From positions 192,001 through 256,000 of the forward strand of contig JBMNIH010000002.1 of the NCBI GenBank assembly GCA_050950825.1: DNA of 64,000 nt, written 5' to 3'. The position numbers and the translations under genes were made by a program. The DNA is from Clostridia bacterium (GTDB lineage: Bacteria > Bacillota > Clostridia > JAAYHZ01). Position 1 is the first letter of the stretch. Each line of letters opens with the position of its first letter. Shown here one piece after another: positions 50,288-59,854 of this stretch. The notes beneath the pieces are model-generated. The model worked only from the letters and a program-made list of their open reading frames with translations. It made no database searches and was not told the DNA's origin.

Positions 50288-50363
50288 TGGAGCTGGTGGA
50301 CGGATTCGAACCCCCGACCTGCTGATTACAAATCAGCTGCTCTACCTGCTGAGCTACACCAGC
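50288..50363 (-). tRNA. tRNA-Thr(TGT)
   Basis: 76 nt, anticodon loop TTTGTAA, TTCGAA T-loop, CCA. Confidence 0.95.
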
Positions 50364-50378
50364 ACTTTTTTAAAAAAA

Positions 50379-50455
50379 TGGCGACCCGGAAGGGACTCGA
50401 ACCCTCGACCTCCAGCGTGACAGGCTGGCATTCTAACCGACTGAACTACCGGGCC
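50379..50455 (-). tRNA. tRNA-Asp(GTC)
   Basis: 77 nt, anticodon loop CTGTCAC, CCA. Confidence 0.95.
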
Positions 50456-50459
50456 GTGT

Positions 50460-50534
50460 TGGTGACCCATAGGGGATTCGAACCCCTGTTACCGCCGTGA
50501 AAGGGCGATGTCTTAACCACTTGACCAATGGGCC
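50460..50534 (-). tRNA. tRNA-Glu(TTC)
   Basis: 75 nt, anticodon loop CTTTCAC, CCA. Confidence 0.95.
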
Positions 50535-50567
50535 ATTTTTCGTCGTTCGGAACACGACGCATTGTTT

Positions 50568-50596
50568 ATTTTAACTGCCTCCATCTTTATTGTCAA
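50568..50596 (-). promoter_or_regulatory. Sigma-A promoter for tRNA Glu-Asp-Thr-Tyr
   Basis: TTGACA-N17-TAAAAT. Confidence 0.8.
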
Positions 50597-50641
50597 GTGC
50601 TTTTTCATCGATCCGTTCGATTTTTGTTTTGGAGAGCAGTT

Positions 50642-50717
50642 TGGTGAGCCATCGGGGGTTCGAACCCCGGACCCCATGATTAAAAGTCATGTGCTCTACC
50701 TGCTGAGCTAATGGCTC
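50642..50717 (-). tRNA. tRNA-Lys(TTT)
   Basis: 76 nt, anticodon loop CTTTTAA, CCA. Confidence 0.95.
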
Positions 50718-50766
50718 TCATATTGCGAAGCGGTTCAAATTTCTCGAATCGCTAACGTGCTGTGCC

Positions 50767-50795
50767 ATTTTAATATATCTTCGGTGCTTTGTCAA
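50767..50795 (-). promoter_or_regulatory. Sigma-A promoter for tRNA-Lys
   Basis: TTGACA-N17-TAAAAT. Confidence 0.8.
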
Positions 50796-50933
50796 TACCA
50801 AAAGAAAGAGTTTTTCTCCGATAGACCGGAAAGTTTCTGTGTTTTTCTGCGAATGCTACGTATACTTTTTTATTGTTCTGTTTTTCGCGGAATGCTATAA
50901 TTAAAAACACACCTGTCGTAGGAGGACAAGCTA

Positions 50934-52238
50934 ATGAAACAAGATATGATAGTAGTTTTAGATTTAGGAAGTACAAAAAATACGGAAATCGCAAGAGCCG
51001 TTCGCAATTTAGGCGTTTACAGTGAAATACATCCCCATGATATTACCGTCGATCAGCTTACACAATTGTCCGGCGTAAAAGGAATCATTATAAACGGCGG
51101 AAAGAATAACATCGTAAACGGAGCTGTTATTGATGTGATGCCTGAGATTTATCATACCGGCTACCCTATTTTATCCGTAGGGCATCCGCTAGCTAAATGC
51201 GAGAATCTCGAGACTTGGCCCGATTCCGAAGAAGAAATCCGGAATCTTTTAAAAGGCTTTGTATTCGATGTTTGCCATGCCCAACCGAATTGGAATATGA
51301 AGAATTTTATCGAGGATCAAGTAAAAGCGATTCGAGAACAAGTAGGAAATAAAAAGGTTCTTCTTGCTTTATCCGGCGGGGTGGACAGTACCGTTGTCGC
51401 CACACTCCTTATTAAAGCCATCGGGAAGCAACTGGTTTGCGTTCATGTTAATACCGGGTTGATGCGCAAAGGCGAGTCGGAGTCCATCGTTCGGTTATTC
51501 GAAAAACAGTTAGGCGAAAATCTCATTTTCGTAGATGCAAGCGAGCGGTTCTTAAAGAAGCTGGAAGGCATTGCGGATCCCGAGCAAAAACGAAAGATCA
51601 TCGGTGCCGAGTTTATTCGCGTATTTGAAGAAGAAGCCAAAAAGCTGGACGGAATCGAATTCTTGGCACAAGGAACCATTTATCCCGATGTGGTGGAAAG
51701 CGGCACAAAAACCATGGAAACCATAAAGTCCCATCACAACGTGGGAGGACTGCCGAAGGACCTTCAATTTAAGCTGGTCGAGCCCTTGTACCATCTTTTT
51801 AAAGATGAAGTACGAGCCTGCGGTCTCGAATTGGGACTGCCCGAATCCATGGTATACAGACAACCCTTCCCCGGTCCCGGTTTAGGCGTTCGCTGCTTAG
51901 GAGCCATTACCAAAGACCGTTTGGAAGCCATTCGAGAATCGGACAGCATACTGCGAGAAGAGTTCGAAAAAGCCGGATTGAATAAAAAGGTATGGCAGTA
52001 CTTTACCGTGGTCCCCGACTTTATGTCCGTAGGAGTCAAAAACCAAGTTCGATGCTACGAATATCCGGTCATTATCCGCGCCATTAATACCGTCGATGCC
52101 ATGACGGCGGATGTAGCCCAAATCGATTGGTCCATTTTAATGAAAATTACCGATCGAATCTTAAAAGAAGTCCCTCATGTAAACCGGGTTTGTTTCGACT
52201 TAAGTCCGAAACCGCCTGCAACCATCGAATGGGAGTAA
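50934..52238 (+). CDS. guaA: GMP synthase with a shortened, degenerate glutaminase domain
   Basis: ALSGGVDS, LAQGTIYPD, KSHHNVGGLP, RQPFPGPGL, KPPATIEWE; AGGAGG RBS. Confidence 0.93.
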   Translation: MKQDMIVVLDLGSTKNTEIARAVRNLGVYSEIHPHDITVDQLTQLSGVKGIIINGGKNNIVNGAVIDVMPEIYHTGYPILSVGHPLAKCENLETWPDSEEEIRNLLKGFVFDVCHAQPNWNMKNFIEDQVKAIREQVGNKKVLLALSGGVDSTVVATLLIKAIGKQLVCVHVNTGLMRKGESESIVRLFEKQLGENLIFVDASERFLKKLEGIADPEQKRKIIGAEFIRVFEEEAKKLDGIEFLAQGTIYPDVVESGTKTMETIKSHHNVGGLPKDLQFKLVEPLYHLFKDEVRACGLELGLPESMVYRQPFPGPGLGVRCLGAITKDRLEAIRESDSILREEFEKAGLNKKVWQYFTVVPDFMSVGVKNQVRCYEYPVIIRAINTVDAMTADVAQIDWSILMKITDRILKEVPHVNRVCFDLSPKPPATIEWE

Positions 52239-52275
52239 AGAAAAGACGAGCAAAAAACGAATATTTAAATACGGT

Positions 52276-52304
52276 AAAAAAAGCATCCAACGGATGCTTT
52301 TTTT
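52276..52304. terminator. Bidirectional terminator
   Basis: A7-GCATCC-AAC-GGATGC-T7. Confidence 0.85.
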
Positions 52305-52337
52305 ACAATCGTTTTCTTTCCAATAGTATCGGATGCA

Positions 52338-53612
52338 TCAAGAGCTAAAAAGCTCAATTGCCGCTGCCGTCATTATGTCTCCGGCTTCATGAGCAAGCTT
52401 GCTGCTCCTTGTGGTTCGAACCTCGTAACCTCCTTGGGCAAAAGCTTCTTTAACGGGTATGTAGCCGTGTCTTCCGTTGGTATGGGAGGATAGAAAGTGA
52501 ACGAATCCCGGTTTTTCTTCCTTTATTCTAAGCCCGAATTCCGTAAATATGTCTCCCGGAAATCCGGTGATAAAAGCGTCTCCGATTTGGATGACTTGTA
52601 TCTCCACGGGAATCTCTTTCGTTTTGTATTGGGAAAAAACGAGAAGCTCTTCGGCAAAGACTTTTTCTATGGCCGGAGTATCCTCCGAAGCAAGCAATTC
52701 CTTCGCTTTTTGATATTCATCTTCGGAAACGGTCCGCAAGGGTATCGGCAATATCTTCGATTTGACCTTTACGGATACGTCTTCGCGGCATTGGATGAAA
52801 GGCCGGGTTTTTATAACTTCTCCCGCTAAAACCGCTCCCATCTTCTTGTAATGATACGGATCCGGTTTAGACTCCGCATGAATATCGATGTGATTGATAT
52901 TTCCCGAAAAACCGTTTAAAAACAACGTACAAAAATCTTTCCCGTAAACGGCTTTTAAGATTCGGGACAGTTCTCCGGGGTAATCGGCGCAGAACTCGTT
53001 ACCTCCGACGGTATCCAAATGGCATGCAAAATTCACAACCGCACCTAAAGGCCGATCATCCGTATCCGTTATGATCATCATCGTCAGATCCGGATCTACG
53101 GGACCTGCCGGCTTTTGAACGTTCGGGTTTTTCCTCCCCGGATTTGTTTTTACGCTTCCGTCTTTCATGACATACCTTCGATTAAAAGCAATGTTTTCCG
53201 CCTTCCCTTTTCCGAACCCCAATTTTACGGGCTTTAACTTGGAATCAGCGGAAGCCACGGCTTCAGCGGCCTTTTCTATCAAGAAGGATATGTAAGCCTC
53301 GTCTCTTTTCGTTCCAAAACAGTTGACTACGGGGCCACCCGTATGGGTATGGGTAAGGCATACCATTACATTTTGCTCGGGTATTTTTGTGAACTCATAA
53401 ACTCTTTCACGTATTCTTTTTACATCTTCGGCTTCAAAGTCCAAAGCGTCAATGGAAATTAAAGCCGCTGTTTCATCGTCCCGCCGAAATACGGCGGCTT
53501 TCGCATACAGATTGTCTTTTATTCCGTCTGCGAATCTTGCGTTCAAATAACCCGGTATGGGAAGCCCCAATTGCGGAGTTATATCCGTTTCGCTCATTCC
53601 GCATCGAATCAT
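52338..53612 (-). CDS. Neutral/alkaline ceramidase N-terminal-like amidohydrolase
   Basis: DITP...GY, THTHTG, NFACH, ADYPG, GYIP....GGYE. Confidence 0.75.
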   Translation of the reverse strand: MIRCGMSETDITPQLGLPIPGYLNARFADGIKDNLYAKAAVFRRDDETAALISIDALDFEAEDVKRIRERVYEFTKIPEQNVMVCLTHTHTGGPVVNCFGTKRDEAYISFLIEKAAEAVASADSKLKPVKLGFGKGKAENIAFNRRYVMKDGSVKTNPGRKNPNVQKPAGPVDPDLTMMIITDTDDRPLGAVVNFACHLDTVGGNEFCADYPGELSRILKAVYGKDFCTLFLNGFSGNINHIDIHAESKPDPYHYKKMGAVLAGEVIKTRPFIQCREDVSVKVKSKILPIPLRTVSEDEYQKAKELLASEDTPAIEKVFAEELLVFSQYKTKEIPVEIQVIQIGDAFITGFPGDIFTEFGLRIKEEKPGFVHFLSSHTNGRHGYIPVKEAFAQGGYEVRTTRSSKLAHEAGDIMTAAAIELFSS

Positions 53613-53627
53613 AATAATCCCCTTTCC

Positions 53628-54911
53628 TTAGTCGTCGAAAATTACGGTGTATTTCCAAGCGTCCGCCGAGAAAACTTCATTCAAATTGGCTCCGTACTTT
53701 GTCAAATGGATTTCCATCTCCTTTGTTTCTCTGTCTTGAATAATGGAGAAGTTGGAAAGCTGCACCTTTTCGCTTTCCGTTTCGGGATTTCTTTTATCAA
53801 TAATTGTATAGGTAGCCTTTTTTAAAAATCCGGTATTTTCATCGACCTCCGCCATAACCAAGGGTTCCCTCGGAAAGCTTCCTTTCGTATCTTTAGGCGT
53901 AATATTGCCGATCCAATAAGCTTTTCCGTTCTTTATACTCCTTACAAACGCGGATATGCTGGCGGGAGAATAAACGAGCTCTCCGTCGTCAAATCGATAA
54001 GGAACGGGATCGGAAAAGGTCTTCCCCCCGTCGTCGGAATAGGTATACCACTTATGTGCGGGAGCATCCGGCGCGATTCGTGTATTCCACCCGGGCAAAT
54101 CCGTGTTGGCTCCTCGGAAAACCACCACAATCCTGCCGCTTTTTAGCAAAAGGATGGTTGGCTCGTCGATTCCTCGTGAAGATTTTAAATCGGATATGAC
54201 CAAAGGCTTCGAAGGATAAAAATCATACCGGTTTTCTTTTTCATTCCATACACCACGTACGACAATCAAGCCGTTGGCGATATGAGGACAGGAAGGGAAG
54301 ATATCGGAAGGATCTATCCCTAAAATTTTGCAACAAGCTTTTACTCTTGCACCGATGGGAAACAAAATGTCGCCGTTTGAGTCGATTTCAAGGTTACAGC
54401 CAAAGTAAGCCAAGTTCTTTTCGGTATACTCACGATCCAAATATTCTTTACCGCTGTAATCGGCTCCTTCTTCGTATTTGACCAAAAAAGAGCTCCGGTT
54501 CTCCAAGTCCTTTGAAACTTCAATGAAGGTGTGGTCCAAGGTTCCTTTGATCCCGGACCATAAAAGCCTGTAATCTTCGCGATGGCCGTTAGGAAACAGC
54601 CTTTGCATGCATAAAACCACATAGTGATCGTGATAAGGGTTGTAAACGGCAGGGGGCTTTGCCCACATGATTTCACCGTGACCCCATTTTTTTATGATTT
54701 GCTCGTATACGTTTTTCCATGGCGACCACGTACGTCCGTTATCGTAAGATACACGCTCGTATGCTTCGTTGGTGTAGTCGCTCTCGTAATCCACACATCT
54801 TCTGTGCACTTTCGTCAACCCCTGCCCTTTGTAATAGAAGCTGTGACTCGGTGCCATATTTTTTCCCGGTGATTTTTCAAAAAGCTCACGTTTTACCGAA
54901 TGAATTGACAT
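53628..54911 (-). CDS. Asp-box (BNR) sialidase-like beta-propeller protein
   Basis: Asp boxes SYDNGRTW and SDDGGKTF; DEP; no signal peptide. Confidence 0.7.
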   Translation of the reverse strand: MSIHSVKRELFEKSPGKNMAPSHSFYYKGQGLTKVHRRCVDYESDYTNEAYERVSYDNGRTWSPWKNVYEQIIKKWGHGEIMWAKPPAVYNPYHDHYVVLCMQRLFPNGHREDYRLLWSGIKGTLDHTFIEVSKDLENRSSFLVKYEEGADYSGKEYLDREYTEKNLAYFGCNLEIDSNGDILFPIGARVKACCKILGIDPSDIFPSCPHIANGLIVVRGVWNEKENRYDFYPSKPLVISDLKSSRGIDEPTILLLKSGRIVVVFRGANTDLPGWNTRIAPDAPAHKWYTYSDDGGKTFSDPVPYRFDDGELVYSPASISAFVRSIKNGKAYWIGNITPKDTKGSFPREPLVMAEVDENTGFLKKATYTIIDKRNPETESEKVQLSNFSIIQDRETKEMEIHLTKYGANLNEVFSADAWKYTVIFDD

Positions 54912-54951
54912 TTTGTATCCCTCCTTATCCCTTACCCTTTGCCGTAAGGTT

Positions 54952-56424
54952 TTATTCCGACCAGTCGATATTATCAAGAACCCATGCAGTCAACTCGTTT
55001 AAAGACGGATGAATCACCATGGATTCATTGATGGTCGTAAATCCGCTTAGCTGCGGGCATACCGAATTCTCGCATTTTTGAATCTCACGCTTGCTGCATT
55101 TAATATCCGAATCCATAAGATATACAAAGGATTGAATCAGAATCGAGGCATGAGGACCCACGATATGCGCTCCTAAAATTCTTCGATTGCCGTCTACAAT
55201 GATTTTGATAAACCCGTTATCCGTCGATCTGCTGTTTATGCCCAATGCGATGCCTCCGGCTATTTGGGAATAATAGTTACGGCCGATATAGCATTTGATG
55301 CCCTTTTTTTCGGCTTGTTCTTGGGTCATTCCTACGTGGGCAACTTGAGGATGGGTAAATACGGCCCAAGGCACCGTATCATAGGTTGCCTTTCTTTTTT
55401 CACCTTCCGTAAACAGGTTGTGAATAAGGATCTCCGCTTCGTAATTGGCTTTATGCCGGAATTGGTATATACCGTTGATATCTCCGATGGCATAGATATT
55501 TTCCTGCGTTGTTTCCAAGTACTCGTTGGTCTTTATCCAACCTCTCTCATCGGTTTCAACAAGGGTATTCTCAAGATGCAAAGTGTCGCCGCTGGAACGA
55601 AGACCGGATGCGATAAATATTTCTTCCGCCTCGAAGATATGGACTTTACCGGTCGTCCTGTCTTGGACGGTTAGGGTTTTCATGGTGCCGTTTTTACCGG
55701 AATCCAAAATATCGATGTTCGTTATTACCGAAATACCGACGTTTTTAAACTCTCTTTCGACAAAAGCGCTGATTTCTTGTTCTTCCGTTGACAGTATACG
55801 ATCGTTTCTCTCTAAAACGGTTACCTTCGTTCCGAAGGCGGAGAAAATATGGGCAAACTCCGCACCGATCACGCCCCCTCCGACTATGAGGAGGCTTTTC
55901 CATGGCTTTTTCGGGTACTTGTCTCCGAAAAAGGTTTCGTATGTAATATATCCCGCATCTTCGATATTTTTAATGGGAGGTACAAAGGATCTTGCACCGC
56001 CGGCGATAACGATAATATCTCCTTGGATTTCTTCCGAGTAATCCCCCTCGGGAAGCCTTACTCTCAACGTGTTTTTTCCCGTAAATTCAGCCGTTCCGTT
56101 GTACACTTGAAGGTTTTCAATCTTTTTTAGATTCTTTTCGATGGAAAGGCTGTAATTGATTTGTTTCCACATTCTTTTGGAGATTACATTCCAATCTACA
56201 TGAGGCTTTTTGAATTGAACTCCGACCCTATCGGATTTTTCCGTTTCTCGAATGAGATCCGCAGGATAAACAAGCATTTTTGACGGGATGCAGCCTTTTG
56301 TAAGGCACGTACCTCCGAATTTTGACTTTTCGATAATGGCGCATTTTAAGCCCATCGTCACGGCGGCTTCGATAACCATAAGCCCTGCACCGCTGCCGAT
56401 CACAACAATGTCAAATTTTTTCAT
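54952..56424 (-). CDS. Class I pyridine nucleotide-disulfide oxidoreductase (dihydrolipoyl dehydrogenase-like)
   Basis: GGTCLTKGCIPSK, GGGVIGAE, IHPSLNE. Confidence 0.85.
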   Translation of the reverse strand: MKKFDIVVIGSGAGLMVIEAAVTMGLKCAIIEKSKFGGTCLTKGCIPSKMLVYPADLIRETEKSDRVGVQFKKPHVDWNVISKRMWKQINYSLSIEKNLKKIENLQVYNGTAEFTGKNTLRVRLPEGDYSEEIQGDIIVIAGGARSFVPPIKNIEDAGYITYETFFGDKYPKKPWKSLLIVGGGVIGAEFAHIFSAFGTKVTVLERNDRILSTEEQEISAFVEREFKNVGISVITNIDILDSGKNGTMKTLTVQDRTTGKVHIFEAEEIFIASGLRSSGDTLHLENTLVETDERGWIKTNEYLETTQENIYAIGDINGIYQFRHKANYEAEILIHNLFTEGEKRKATYDTVPWAVFTHPQVAHVGMTQEQAEKKGIKCYIGRNYYSQIAGGIALGINSRSTDNGFIKIIVDGNRRILGAHIVGPHASILIQSFVYLMDSDIKCSKREIQKCENSVCPQLSGFTTINESMVIHPSLNELTAWVLDNIDWSE

Positions 56425-56510
56425 GTCCTGCCTCCTCGTTCGCTTCACGATTTTCACTTTAAGTCTATTATATACACAAGTTGAAAAAGAAGTCTATTCT
56501 TCCGGGGAAG

Positions 56511-57014
56511 TTACAACGGTTTTTCGTAGCGAAGCTCCGTTAAATTTTTACCGATTTGTATATCCTTTTTATACCCTTTGTATCGAAAACCGATTTTTTC
56601 GTAAAAATTCCGTGCACGGATGTTTTCCTCAAGGACCCAAAGGGTCGCCTTTTCGAAGCCTCGGTTTGAAAGCTCCTCCAATCCCCAAAGCAAAGCGTAT
56701 GCACCGATGCCCTTGCCCCAATACTCGGGCAAGATATACAGCCCCCGTACTTCGCCGGTCCTTGCGTCTTGGTCTTCGTCTCGGCACTTTCCGATGCATA
56801 TCAACCCTACAGGATTGTTATCATAAAAGACGAGAAAGTCTTCTTCCCGCTCTTCTGTCAAAGCCTTTTCAAAGTATTTTTGTCTCTTTTCCGGGGTAAA
56901 TCGGTCCAAGAACGAATCCGGCACAATGTTTTTATAAGCCGCTTTCCATGATTTTGCGTGAATTTCTCCCAATACGGAAGAATCTTTTACGGCGGCTTTT
57001 CGAATTTCGATCAT
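56511..57014 (-). CDS. GNAT family acetyltransferase
   Basis: YWGKGIG, N.RA..FYEK.GF. Confidence 0.9.
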   Translation of the reverse strand: MIEIRKAAVKDSSVLGEIHAKSWKAAYKNIVPDSFLDRFTPEKRQKYFEKALTEEREEDFLVFYDNNPVGLICIGKCRDEDQDARTGEVRGLYILPEYWGKGIGAYALLWGLEELSNRGFEKATLWVLEENIRARNFYEKIGFRYKGYKKDIQIGKNLTELRYEKPL

Positions 57015-57061
57015 ATCCTTTTTCCTGCTTTTATTGTTTATGATATTTCTTCGATAAAAAT

Positions 57062-57093
57062 GAAAGGTTCTCCTGCATTACGGGGAACCTTTC
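57062..57093 (-). terminator. Hairpin terminator after the MATE gene
   Basis: GAAAGGTTCTCC...GGGGAACCTTTC. Confidence 0.65.
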
Positions 57094-57110
57094 GTTTTCT
57101 CAATGTTATA

Positions 57111-58553
57111 TTATTCCGTTGCCAAAGCGGCATTTTCCTGTGCCAATTCCGCTTCGATTCGGTTGACTTGCCTCTTCTTCCATCTTCCCGCTTTGTAAGC
57201 AATTACGTTAATGATCATACCGAGGGTCCAAGCGGACAGAAGAGATACGAACACCATCTTTTGCTGCGTTAAAACGGGAGCTCCGGCATTTCGGGTAATG
57301 GCGACCAATATATACGCCAAAGGTACTCTTATCAAAATGGATGTGGCAAGACTGATCCACATGGGCGTTACCGTATCCCCGGCTCCTCGCATCACTCCCG
57401 ATAAGCTTTGGGTTATGCTCATGGCAACATATCCCGGGGAGATAATGTACATCATGGTCATGGACATGTTAATAAGCTGAACATTTCCGGGTGTAAACAG
57501 ACCCATCAAGGAAGGTCCTCCGATAAGCACCAGCGGGGTTAAAATCACCGCCGTTAAAAAGGCCATCAGCGTACCCTGTTTTGTTCCTTGGTACAGTCGA
57601 TCCAGTTTTCTTGCACCTACATTTTGACCTGCGTATGTACTCATGGCTTGGCCGAAGCTAAAGTTCGGCAGCATGGCGTATCCGTCCACACGCATCACCA
57701 TAACGTTGCAGGCTACGAACATGGCGTCTTCAAAGCTGTTGATAAGCGCTTGAACCGCCAACATGGCAAAGGAGAATATGGCTTGTGTAAGTCCCGAAGG
57801 AAGCCCTAAACGAACAAGGTCCTTGACAAACATTTTCTTCGGTTTTAAGGTCTCCTTTGTCAGTACAAAAAGGTGTTTTAACCTTAAAAGTTGCATTAAA
57901 CACAGCATGGCCGATATAATTTGCGAGACCACCGTTGCGATGGCCACACCGGCAACACCCATGGAGTCCACCAAGAGAATATCGCCTACAACGTTCAGAC
58001 CGGAACAGATAAACAATATAACCAAAGCCGAGAACGAGTCACCGAGACCTCGAAGAATACCGGCAAAAATGTTGTAGAACAAGGTACCGGCGATGCCCAA
58101 AAAGAAAATATTCAAATAGCTGCGGCTTTGATCGAAAACCTCCGGTAAGGTGTCCACCGCTCTCAACAGGGGACCGGTTATGATGGGACCTACGATCATG
58201 ATAAATACGGATGCCAAGCCGGTTATGGTAATGCAGTTGCCGATGGTCATCCCCAGCTCTTCTTTTTTTCGAGCACCGAAGTATTGGGATACCAATACGC
58301 CGGCTCCCGTTGCAATACCTACAAAAAGCGAAAGCAACAGGAACATGACAGGCCCTGCGTTTCCAACCGCCGCCAAGGCGGTGTAACCCCATTTGCTTCG
58401 GCCGACCACAACGGCGTCTACCGTATTGTACAATTGCTGAGCGAAGTTTCCGATCAGCATGGGAAAGGCGAATTCCGCAATTCTCTTCCACGGCGGACCG
58501 ATACACATATCTCGAGGGCTGAATATGCTTCGAACTTTATTTATAAAACTCAT
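57111..58553 (-). CDS. MATE family efflux transporter
   Basis: QQLYNTVD, SQYFGA, LRGLGDS, GQNVGA, RGAGDT. Confidence 0.92.
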   Translation of the reverse strand: MSFINKVRSIFSPRDMCIGPPWKRIAEFAFPMLIGNFAQQLYNTVDAVVVGRSKWGYTALAAVGNAGPVMFLLLSLFVGIATGAGVLVSQYFGARKKEELGMTIGNCITITGLASVFIMIVGPIITGPLLRAVDTLPEVFDQSRSYLNIFFLGIAGTLFYNIFAGILRGLGDSFSALVILFICSGLNVVGDILLVDSMGVAGVAIATVVSQIISAMLCLMQLLRLKHLFVLTKETLKPKKMFVKDLVRLGLPSGLTQAIFSFAMLAVQALINSFEDAMFVACNVMVMRVDGYAMLPNFSFGQAMSTYAGQNVGARKLDRLYQGTKQGTLMAFLTAVILTPLVLIGGPSLMGLFTPGNVQLINMSMTMMYIISPGYVAMSITQSLSGVMRGAGDTVTPMWISLATSILIRVPLAYILVAITRNAGAPVLTQQKMVFVSLLSAWTLGMIINVIAYKAGRWKKRQVNRIEAELAQENAALATE

Positions 58554-58721
58554 AACACTCTCTTTCCTACTTTTATATATTCAATATAGTCAAATATGAA
58601 TCATACTACCACAGAAACTCGTCTGTTCCAATATGAAATTTTTAAAAAATTCATGAAAAAATCATGGAAAAGGCACCGTAAAGCAGTGCCATATTGAATC
58701 CTATGTCATTATTTCATCATT

Positions 58722-59843
58722 TTACGACAAACGTTCTTTAAAATCCTCGTATCCGAAACGCTTGACGACTTTATAATTTCCTTCCGAGTCGATGCTTGCT
58801 ATATCCGGCAATTTTACGCCGTTGAAGGTGTTGTTTTTCACCATGGTATAGATGGCCATATCGCAGAAAATAACTCGGTCTCCTATTTTCAATTCCTTCT
58901 CAAAAGAATAATCCCCGATAATATCGCCGGCCAAGCATGTAAGGCCGCCGAAGCGGTAGGTATAAGGTTTTTCATACGGATCGAAAGCTCCGATGACCTT
59001 CGGCCTGTAGGGCATCTCCAAAACGTCCGGCATATGACAAGCGGCGGAGGTGTCCAAAATGGCCGTCTTTATTTCGTTCTCTGTAATATCCAATACGGTG
59101 CTCACTAAAAATCCGGCGTTTAACGCAATAGCCTCTCCCGGCTCCAAGTACACTTCCGTGTTGTATTTTTTCTTAAAGTCGACGATTAATTTTACAAGCA
59201 GGTCGATATCGTATCCTTCCCGGGTAATGTGGTGACCGCCTCCGAAATTGACCCATTCCAAATCGTAAAAATACTTACCAAACTGTTCTTCTACCGCATT
59301 GAGGGTCGCCGCCAAGTCCTTGCTGTCCTGCTCGCATAAGGTGTGAAAGTGAAGGCCGCTGATTCCTTTCGGCAGATAAAACCGATCCTTGATCACTCCT
59401 AAACGGGAGCCTTTGCCGCAAGGGTCGTAGATACCCCGGCTTTGCGTGGAAAACCGGGGATTGATCCTGATACCGAACTTTTTGTTCGACTTCAGCGCCT
59501 TCTCCTTATACTTCTCCCATTGGGACATGGAATTGAATATGATATGGTCGCAAATCTCCAGGATCTCGTCAAACTCTTCCTCGATATATGCGGTGGAAAA
59601 AACATGGTTTTCTTTACCCATTTCTTCATAAGACAGCTTGGCTTCGTAAAGGCCGGAAGCGGCGGTACCGTGAAGGTATCTGCCGATTAACGGGTACAAA
59701 CGAAACATGGAGAAGGCCTTTTGCGCCAACAAGATTTTGCAGCCGGCACGGTCGGATACGGATTTTAAAATTTTTAAATTCTTTTCAATCAGCCCTTCGT
59801 CTACGACATAGACCGGTGTCTTGATTCCTTCCGGTATTTTCAT
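58722..59843 (-). CDS. nspC: Carboxy(nor)spermidine decarboxylase
   Basis: LAQKAFS, HFHTLCE, NFGGGHH, EPGEA, TCLAGD, VKNNTFNG. Confidence 0.92.
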   Translation of the reverse strand: MKIPEGIKTPVYVVDEGLIEKNLKILKSVSDRAGCKILLAQKAFSMFRLYPLIGRYLHGTAASGLYEAKLSYEEMGKENHVFSTAYIEEEFDEILEICDHIIFNSMSQWEKYKEKALKSNKKFGIRINPRFSTQSRGIYDPCGKGSRLGVIKDRFYLPKGISGLHFHTLCEQDSKDLAATLNAVEEQFGKYFYDLEWVNFGGGHHITREGYDIDLLVKLIVDFKKKYNTEVYLEPGEAIALNAGFLVSTVLDITENEIKTAILDTSAACHMPDVLEMPYRPKVIGAFDPYEKPYTYRFGGLTCLAGDIIGDYSFEKELKIGDRVIFCDMAIYTMVKNNTFNGVKLPDIASIDSEGNYKVVKRFGYEDFKERLS

Positions 59844-59854
59844 ATCTTCCTCCG

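Noticed and set aside
50199-50420. 73-aa ORF MVEEGGFEPP...
   Set aside because: Antisense translation of the tRNA genes
50200-50717. tRNA cluster as an integration site
   Set aside because: No duplicated tRNA 3' end or integrase found in the window
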